This document shows, piece after piece, positions 33,967-40,494 of a DNA stretch of 40,494 bases. The stretch is from NCBI GenBank assembly GCA_012862495.1, contig BLSG01000044.1, positions 1 through 40,494 of the forward strand, written 5' to 3'. The stretch comes from Thraustochytrium aureum. Lineage: Eukaryota. Under the pieces are notes generated by a model. It was not told the DNA's origin. It was given only the letters and a program-made list of their open reading frames with translations, and did not search any database. Both the position numbers and the translations under genes were made by a program. Positions within the stretch are counted from its first letter, which is position 1; each line of letters starts with the position of its first letter.

Positions 33967-33967
33967 C
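33877..33967. repeat. (CCTG)n microsatellite abutting N-gap, upstream of MPP-beta
   Basis: Directly visible. Confidence 0.9.
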
Positions 33968-34369
33968 NNNNNNNNNNNNNNNNNNNNNNNNNNNNNNNNN
34001 NNNNNNNNNNNNNNNNNNNNNNNNNNNNNNNNNNNNNNNNNNNNNNNNNNNNNNNNNNNNNNNNNNNNNNNNNNNNNNNNNNNNNNNNNNNNNNNNNNNN
34101 NNNNNNNNNNNNNNNNNNNNNNNNNNNNNNNNNNNNNNNNNNNNNNNNNNNNNNNNNNNNNNNNNNNNNNNNNNNNNNNNNNNNCCCCCCGCTCCGGCCT
34201 CCGCTCTGGGGCAGCTCGCTGGCCGGATACCGCCACTTGCTCGCTCCTTGGTTGGCCTGCGCAGCTTGAGCCCCGCCCTGAAGGAAACCCTAACCGTACG
34301 CCGCAACTCTGTCCGATGAGGTCCTGCAGCGCCGCTCATCGATCGATCGACATCTGGATCGCGGCCCGC

Positions 34370-34456
34370 GTCCCTCTCGCCTTCTCGCGACGTCTACGGC
34401 CCGTTCTCGAGTCCCTCTCGCCCTCTCGCGACGACTACGGCCCGTTTCTCGAGTCC
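34370..34456. repeat. Tandem duplication of a 41-42-bp unit
   Basis: gtccctctcgccttctcgcgacgtctacggcccgttctcga followed by a near-identical copy. Confidence 0.8.
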
Positions 34457-34682
34457 GCCTGTGCGCGGCGCGAGCCGACTGCGAGGCCCACAGGCTGCCG
34501 GCCGCCCTCCGCGACTGTCGACGCGGGCTGCGAGCTGGAGCCCTCCAGCCCGCGCAACGCAAGTGGGGTGCAAGCGGGGACATGGTCAAGGTAAGTACAT
34601 TTACATCTTTGTCCGCCAACTGGCGTTCCGCGAGCTACCTAGTGTTGATCAGGAACGGCGCAGCCGGCCGCGCAGGCCAACT

Positions 34683-34832
34683 CTAGTTGAGCATCTCGCC
34701 CGCAAACTCCTCTTCGAGCTGCTTCAGCGACGCGAGGTACTCTTCCTCCTTGGAATGCGCCTCGGTGCCCTGGATCATGCACAAGAGCACGATCGAGATC
34801 AGTGTCCACGTGAGGATGGTCTGGAGCTGCAT
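34683..34832 (-). CDS. Small secreted protein, 49 aa: MQLQTILTWTLISIVLLCMIQGTEA-HSKEEEYLASLKQLEEEFAGEMLN
   Basis: Below the ORF-track cutoff. 44 of 49 codons end in G/C; gcaagATG start context matches MPP-beta and the 29008 gene; signal peptide ending T-E-A. Confidence 0.65.
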   Translation of the reverse strand: MQLQTILTWTLISIVLLCMIQGTEAHSKEEEYLASLKQLEEEFAGEMLN

Positions 34833-35510
34833 CTTGCCGCGTTGCCTTGTGCTGCTAGTTCTCTAGCTCGCCTCGCCTTCGCGCGCTGTTGCTGCACTTG
34901 CCTTATTGCACGCGGCGCCTGCCTTTGCTTTGCGGCCGCAGGGGCAGCCTTGCTGTCGCGTTTGGGTATTGCCCACCACTCCAGGTCACACCGCACGCTC
35001 GCGCCTGCTTGTCTGCAGCTCGAAAACTGGCGCGCTGTCCACGCCCGCACCGCGCTGAGGATATCGAAGAATGCAGGCGGCGTTGCCGCGCCACTAAATC
35101 TGACAGGTGCACGCGACGCTGCGCGAAAGGCGGTTGTGCGGCGCGGACTCGCAGCCCTCACAAGAGCCTACGAGAAAAATCAAAAGCGACCACCCATGCC
35201 AACAACAACAACAGCAACAAAACGGTTTTTGCCGCGCCGCCACGTTGACAGCGCCGGGCAGAACTACAAATCCTTCTTGGCCAGACGGACGGACGACAGC
35301 CGCGGCGATCTTGGTTGCCAACGAGCAAATATAGCCAGCTTGTTCTTTCAACTTGTCGCGCTGCACACGATTTTCCCGTGTCGCAGCGCTTGCGCAGCTC
35401 CACGTACGCCACTATGCAGGAAACGTCGGCAACTCTTTCCGTCATCACTCGCAGCAGGTGGCACGTTGCCCTGCGAGTGCGAAGCAGGAAACGTGAGCAA
35501 GGACGCACGC

Positions 35511-35582
35511 TTCCTTTGGAGCGAATCGTCCGAATTGCGGGCGCATTTCCTTCGGAGCAAATCGTCCGAATTGCGGGCGCAT
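35511..35582. repeat. 36-bp tandem duplication (2 mismatches)
   Basis: ttcctt(t/c)ggagc(g/a)aatcgtccgaattgcgggcgcat x2. Confidence 0.85.
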
Positions 35583-36183
35583 CTGGCGCGTGCCCTGCAA
35601 CACCATACCAGGGAGCTGGCCAGGACAGCGAATTACTTCCTATGCAAAACACCATTTGTCCGTTCAACGGTAAAACCTCGTTTGGCTTGCGCAGTGAACA
35701 AGGCCCTGGGGCGAACCCTTCGCGTCAAAGAGAAGCGAGAGTTTTTTTGCTCGATAGGTACAGCCGATGCCTTTCTGGACGCCTCTGCCGCTGGGCATCT
35801 CCTCCGCTGTTAGCTCAAGCTTGTTCTGTTTCCGTTCCTCCGAATTAGCGTGCTGGATGGAGTCCCTCAGCACCAAGACTCGTTTTTCCTGCATTCACAG
35901 CGCTGGGGGGATTCTTCGGCGGCGGCGTCGCCAGTGCAGCGCCTGCGTCGAATCCAAAGACCTCCGTGCATCAATTCGACGGCCAAGAGCCGCCAAAACG
36001 CCCTCCTTCCTCTGTTGGTCTTGAGCTAGGTCGCTGGTGAAGAGAGAGAGGACCGGCGCGCTCATGCACGCAATGCGCGGCGAAGCGCGCCGAGCGCAAG
36101 GTGAGCAGCGCTAGGCGTGCGCTGCAGCACGACTGCTCGACGAGGCTAACTCGCGCTCTGGCCGCAGCCGTGCCAGCGACGTG

Positions 36184-37323
36184 ATGGGCCTGCGGCTGTC
36201 GAAGCAGTCGCGCGTTGCGGCCGAGCAACACAAGGCGAGTCGCGGAATTGAGCAAAAGCTCACACGGGCCTCGACGGCCGAGCTGGCAAAGATTAAGCTC
36301 TTGCTTCTCGGGACGGGGAGCTCGGGCAAGAGCACCATCCTCAAGCAGTTTAAAATTCTGCACTCAAAGTTCGGCCTCGGCGACCCAAGCAACTACCGCC
36401 TGCTGGTCTCGCACAATATCATCTCAGCAGTCGTCGCAGCGGCGAGCTTTGCGTTGGCCAACACGACCGTGCAAGCAGAAACGGCAAGACTTTTAAAGGT
36501 ATTGCGCAGCAACTGCACAAGCAACCTTTGGTGCCAGATTGTTGTGGAAGACACGACGGTCAGTATCGCAGATGTCTGTGCCCGAATCTGGCAAGATCCG
36601 CAGGTTCAGCAAGCGGCGGAGGAGCCATTTGCGCATATTGAAGTATCCCTCGAGTACTTTATGGGGCGTTTGAAAGACATCAGCGACCCGGCCTACCAGC
36701 CAAGCGTGGATGACGTTCTGCGCATTCGACAGCGCACTTCCGGAGTGGTCACATTGAACGCCACTTTCCATGGGTCAGCAGTGCAGGTCATTGACGTGGG
36801 TGGGCAGCGGTGCGAGCGGAAAAAGTGGCTTAGCCACTTTGACAACGTCAACGCAATCCTCTTCGTGGTGTCTTTATCCGACTTTGACCTTCCGCTATTG
36901 GAGGATCCGAGCGTGAACCGGTTGCAAGAGGCCCTCTCCGTTTTTCAATTCATCGCCAGTTGCCCGTACTTTGACAAGACCAACATGATCGTCTTCTTCA
37001 ACAAAAAGGACGAGTTTCTGCACAAGATCCGCGACAAGAAGGTCGACCTAGCAGTGCACTTCCCGGAGTACACAGGCCCGAGGGGCGAGTACCGCCCCGC
37101 GGTCGACTTTGTCCGCAAGATGTTCCTTGACACATTCACAGAGTGCAAGCGGGCCTTGCAGCTCACCGGCGAGCCGATCATTGACTGTTACAACACCGTC
37201 GGGGTTGACACGAAAAACGTGGACAACGTCCTCAACAGCTGCAAACGTATGGTGCTCCATGACACTTTGACGTCTGGAGGCTTCGTGGATGGGCATGAGC
37301 TGCTCCGTCTCGCGCACAGGTGA
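36184..37323 (+). CDS. Heterotrimeric G-protein alpha subunit (divergent)
   Basis: MGLRLS N-terminus; KLLLLGTGSSGKSTILKQ; DVLRIRQRTSG; DVGGQRCERKKW; FFNKKD. Confidence 0.93.
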   Translation: MGLRLSKQSRVAAEQHKASRGIEQKLTRASTAELAKIKLLLLGTGSSGKSTILKQFKILHSKFGLGDPSNYRLLVSHNIISAVVAAASFALANTTVQAETARLLKVLRSNCTSNLWCQIVVEDTTVSIADVCARIWQDPQVQQAAEEPFAHIEVSLEYFMGRLKDISDPAYQPSVDDVLRIRQRTSGVVTLNATFHGSAVQVIDVGGQRCERKKWLSHFDNVNAILFVVSLSDFDLPLLEDPSVNRLQEALSVFQFIASCPYFDKTNMIVFFNKKDEFLHKIRDKKVDLAVHFPEYTGPRGEYRPAVDFVRKMFLDTFTECKRALQLTGEPIIDCYNTVGVDTKNVDNVLNSCKRMVLHDTLTSGGFVDGHELLRLAHR

Positions 37324-37368
37324 CGCTCGGTCATGGTGCCGGCGCGAACTGCAGAGGCCAATTACGAC

Positions 37369-38161
37369 CTACTTTCCACTTCCCGCACGCTCGCGCTCGA
37401 GCAAGAAGACCGTGCGCTCCAGTGCGCCGCCGGTCCATGGGAGGCTTGCATGCACACGCCAACCCGCCAGCAGGAGTGGTAGGCGCACGGGGCCGTAGAT
37501 GCGGTGCGCGTTCCAAACCACCGCGTCCTCAGGCCCAGTCGGCACGGAGAGAACGACATAGCGAGTCGTGGCGCGCAGCGCGTCCATACTCACGAGGTCG
37601 GCGTCTGCACAGACAGGATCGCCGTAGCGCCCAAGACCGTCATGCTGGAGCGCATCAGCGGCGACCACCAAGCCCAGTTTCAGCCCCTTCGGAAAGGCCC
37701 AGCCTTGCACTGTTTTGATTCGTTCATGCTTGAGGTCCAAGGCATTGTGCTCCACAGTGACGACCTGCCGCGCTCCGAGCGCAAGCAGGCTGCGCAAGCA
37801 CGGTTTCAATGAAAAGTCGAGGGTTGTAGAGAGCCCGTTAGACGTCGGAAGCGCAGTCGCCTCGCAATCGGCCGAGCAGACGCCACAAAACTGCAGGGCA
37901 AATGAATATTACACGGCTTACAACATACCGGCCCTCGATGGTTGGCTTCTGGCTCCCGAGCACGCCCACCTTGCGACCTGCACCGTGCCGGCGGCCCCGT
38001 CAGGACTCGATGTGCCAAAGCAAAGGCGGAAGCCCCACTTACCTTCAATCAGGCCTCGTGCCGCCAGGCCGTCCAGGACGCGCGCAATGACGGGCTCTGC
38101 GACGGAGCAGGCGAGCCCGTGCCGCGCGATCGCGACGGAGCTATACGCGTACCGCGACCCT
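37369..38161 (-). CDS. DUF268-family (methyltransferase-like) protein; exons 38043-38161 (continuing into gap), 37929-37977, 37369-37789
   Basis: Splicing a 65-nt (GTAAGT...CTGAC...CAG) and a 139-nt (GTATGT...CTAAC...CAG) intron gives GRKVGVLGSQKPTIEGRLLALGARQVVTVEH...HDGLGRYGDP...VPTG...NAHRIYG..RLPLLLAGW. Confidence 0.78.
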
Positions 38162-39132
38162 NNNNNNNNNNNNNNNNNNNNNNNNNNNNNNNNNNNNNNN
38201 NNNNNNNNNNNNNNNNNNNNNNNNNNNNNNNNNNNNNNNNNNNNNNNNNNNNNNNNNNNNNNNNNNNNNNNNNNNNNNNNNNNNNNNNNNNNNNNNNNNN
38301 NNNNNNNNNNNNNNNNNNNNNNNNNNNNNNNNNNNNNNNNNNNNNNNNNNNNNNNNNNNNNNNNNNNNNNNNNNNNNNNNNNNNNNNNNNNNNNNNNNNN
38401 NNNNNNNNNNNNNNNNNNNNNNNNNNNNNNNNNNNNNNNNNNNNNNNNNNNNNNNNNNNNNNNNNNNNNNNNNNNNNNNNNNNNNNNNNNNNNNNNNNNN
38501 NNNNNNNNNNNNNNNNNNNNNNNNNNNNNNNNNNNNNNNNNNNNNNNNNNNNNNNNNNNNNNNNNNNNNNNNNNNNNNNNNNNNNNNNNNNNNNNNNNNN
38601 NNNNNNNNNNNNNNNNNNNNNNNNNNNNNNNNNNNNNNNNNNNNNNNNNNNNNNNNNNNNNNNNNNNNNNNNNNNNNNNNNNNNNNNNNNNNNNNNNNNN
38701 NNNNNNNNNNNNNNNNNNNNNNNNNNNNNNNNNNNNNNNNNNAGGAGCCGAGGGCGCCGGCGCGACCCGCAGGCCTCGAGAACGACAGGAACGCCGTCAA
38801 CGTTGACGCTGCGCGCGTTCACGGCGCAGCCGAGGGCAAAGGCCCTGCGCGAGAGGTCGAAAAGGCTCGCGCCATGGCGCGCGCGCTGTGCGAGGCCAAG
38901 GGCGCCGACTGGAAGGCTCTGTGCGCAGATCGCGCACAAGTCGAGGCTGCACGGGCGCTGGCAAGGCGTTTGCGCCGGGAGCAGGGTGTATAGCTAGCTT
39001 GCATGAACGCCTGCGTGCCTTGGTAGCACCCGGCTTTCCCTTTGCGCAGGTTGCACAAGCTATTTCTTTTAAACGAGGCTCGTTTGACTCTGAAATCCTT
39101 CGTCGCTGGGCTTTCACGCGACCTGTTCTGCT

Positions 39133-39243
39133 TGCTCTACAGTTGCCCACTCGGCAAGAGAGTGCAGGAGCGACCGGTAAGCTTGATGTAGTGCTCTACA
39201 GTCGCCCACTCGGCAAGAGAGTCGGCAGGCCAGCTTGATGTAG
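39133..39243. repeat. Imperfect tandem duplication, period about 59 bp
   Basis: tgctctacagt(t/c)gcccactcggcaagagagt and agcttgatgtag each occur twice. Confidence 0.75.
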
Positions 39244-39325
39244 AGTTCTTGAGCCACACAGTTGGTGTTGGTTCGATCGTTGAGCACAGCCGCTTCGGGC
39301 TGTCTGCCTTGTTACCGCGCCGTTG

Positions 39326-40044
39326 TCAAGCTTCCTCCCAGAGCTTTCCAACGGGCTTGTCCCCACTATCCCTGATAACTGCGAGCGCCGCCGCCTCGAC
39401 CTGGGCTGCCAGCTCGTCGATCGGCAACGCGGCGTCCAAAACCTGCCACTTTGGGCTCACCATCTGCATGAAATTGTCGAGAACCTTGCGCTGGAAGCCT
39501 TCCTTTTCGTACCGCTCCGCGCCGAATTCGCCGCGCTCCATGGCCTTCTCGATCGGTAGGCGAAGGAAGAAAACAGCGTCGGGGGCTGGCAGGCCCTGAT
39601 CCGGCGCTTTGCACCAATCGATGTCTTGCCCCTCCTTCGAGCCTGTGAAGCAAACCCCACTGTACGCATAGCGGTCAACCACGAGGGTGATACCGTCGTC
39701 GAGCTTGGCGCGGATCGCGGCAGCGGCCTCCCAACGGTTGGCGGAGAACAGCAGGTGGACTGCATGATCGTCAAGCTCGACGCCGTTCTTCAAGTACGAG
39801 TCGATGATCTTGCCGGTTTGCGTGGTGCGATCCGGGAACCTGCACAACTCCACCGGGATCTGCCTGGCTTGCAGCGATGCAACGAGGCGCGTGTCTGCGT
39901 GGTCTTGCCGCACCGGTCAACACCCTCGAACCTGCGCGGAGCGAGCGTGCGCTGTTAGTTCGTTTCGACCGCGCCAGGCGAGATTGCGTCGTTTCAGGCT
40001 AGTCTTGCAACTCACACAATGAAAGCCCCTCGCGGTCTCTGCAT
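39326..40044 (-). CDS. DTYMK: Thymidylate kinase; intron 39932-40015 and one frameshift at ~39888-39896
   Basis: Spliced MQRPRGAFIVFEGVDRCGKTTQ (P-loop), then RFPDRTT, HLLFSANRWE, VVDRYAYSG, GLPAPD, FGAERYE. Confidence 0.93.
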
Positions 40045-40494
40045 GGTGCCGAAGCGCGCCTGCTGCGTGCGCCGCGCGAGGGGCCGCCTCTGCGCTGTCC
40101 AGGCGGCGCGCAAGTGGAGCGGACGCAGCGACGTCGTGCCAACCGCCCAAGGCCGCACGAGGGCGGGTGGCGTGCGCGCCGAGCAGGGCGTCGCACAGAG
40201 GCCGCTCGACCAGCGTCCCGCGAGCTGGCAGCGCGCACCGCGAGTGGGCGAGCTGACTCTGCTGCCTCGAAGTGCTGATCTTGATTGAAATCTTGGAAAA
40301 GATCAAATCTTGATTTCTCTTGATCAATCAATTGAAAAACAAATCATTCAACATCGAAAGATCAAGATGGTGCCGACGAACAAAGAAGCAGGCGCGAACC
40401 CTAGTGGCGCCCTAACAGAAGGCATTTGGTGGCTCTCACACAGCAGCGCTTGATCGCACGAGGGCGCGCAGCGGAGACAGCAGCAGCAGCGGAG

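Larger units (their letters stand above)
2904..38742. other. Ten assembly gaps: 2904-3397, 5080-5283, 7301-7438, 9889-10092, 19414-20384, 22523-22721, 24016-24510, 28560-28607, 33968-34184, 38162-38742
   Basis: Runs of N; two directly abut microsatellites. Confidence 1.

Noticed and set aside
34582..34600. ATGGTCAAG|GTAAGTA on + (perfect splice donor); its reverse complement TACTTACCT resembles the U1 snRNA 5' end
   Set aside because: No convincing downstream exon, and no U1 loop I or Sm site follows. It lies in the probable 3' flank of the minus-strand micro-protein gene.
34461..35813. 450-aa plus-strand ORF
   Set aside because: No recognisable motifs, Arg/Ala/Cys-rich composition, no codon bias; partly the antisense shadow of the 49-aa gene.
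7663..40044. Calling the frameshifted genes pseudogenes
   Set aside because: Each has one indel, intact motifs and no accumulated stops, and several are normally essential functions.

Overview
Gene-dense, GC-rich, intron-poor eukaryotic nuclear DNA from a draft scaffold with 10 N-gaps. The organism is probably a protist, and the gene style fits a thraustochytrid-like stramenopile, but that taxonomy is inference only. Recognisable genes are a ferric reductase/NOX-family oxidoreductase, clathrin light chain, prefoldin 6 (4 exons), a TTC39/Iml2 TPR protein, DNAJC11, a GET2/CAML-like ER insertase, a PH-domain PI4-kinase, 5'(3')-deoxyribonucleotidase, a tandem VTT/DedA membrane protein, adenosine kinase, RLP24, an amino acid transporter, a bacterial-type GlcG/HbpS haem-binding protein, a C-linker/CNBD/ankyrin protein, MPP-beta, a divergent G-alpha, a DUF268 protein and thymidylate kinase. 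Seven GT-AG introns were reconstructed by hand. Six genes, probably seven, carry a single-base frameshift, mostly in short homopolymers; these are most likely assembly errors. The best leads are a 49-aa secreted micro-protein missed by the ORF track, a channel-less C-linker-CNBD-ankyrin protein, the GET2/CAML homolog, the acylated PH-PI4K, the tandem VTT protein and recurrent intergenic palindromes. No rRNA, tRNA, CRISPR array or transposon was recognised.
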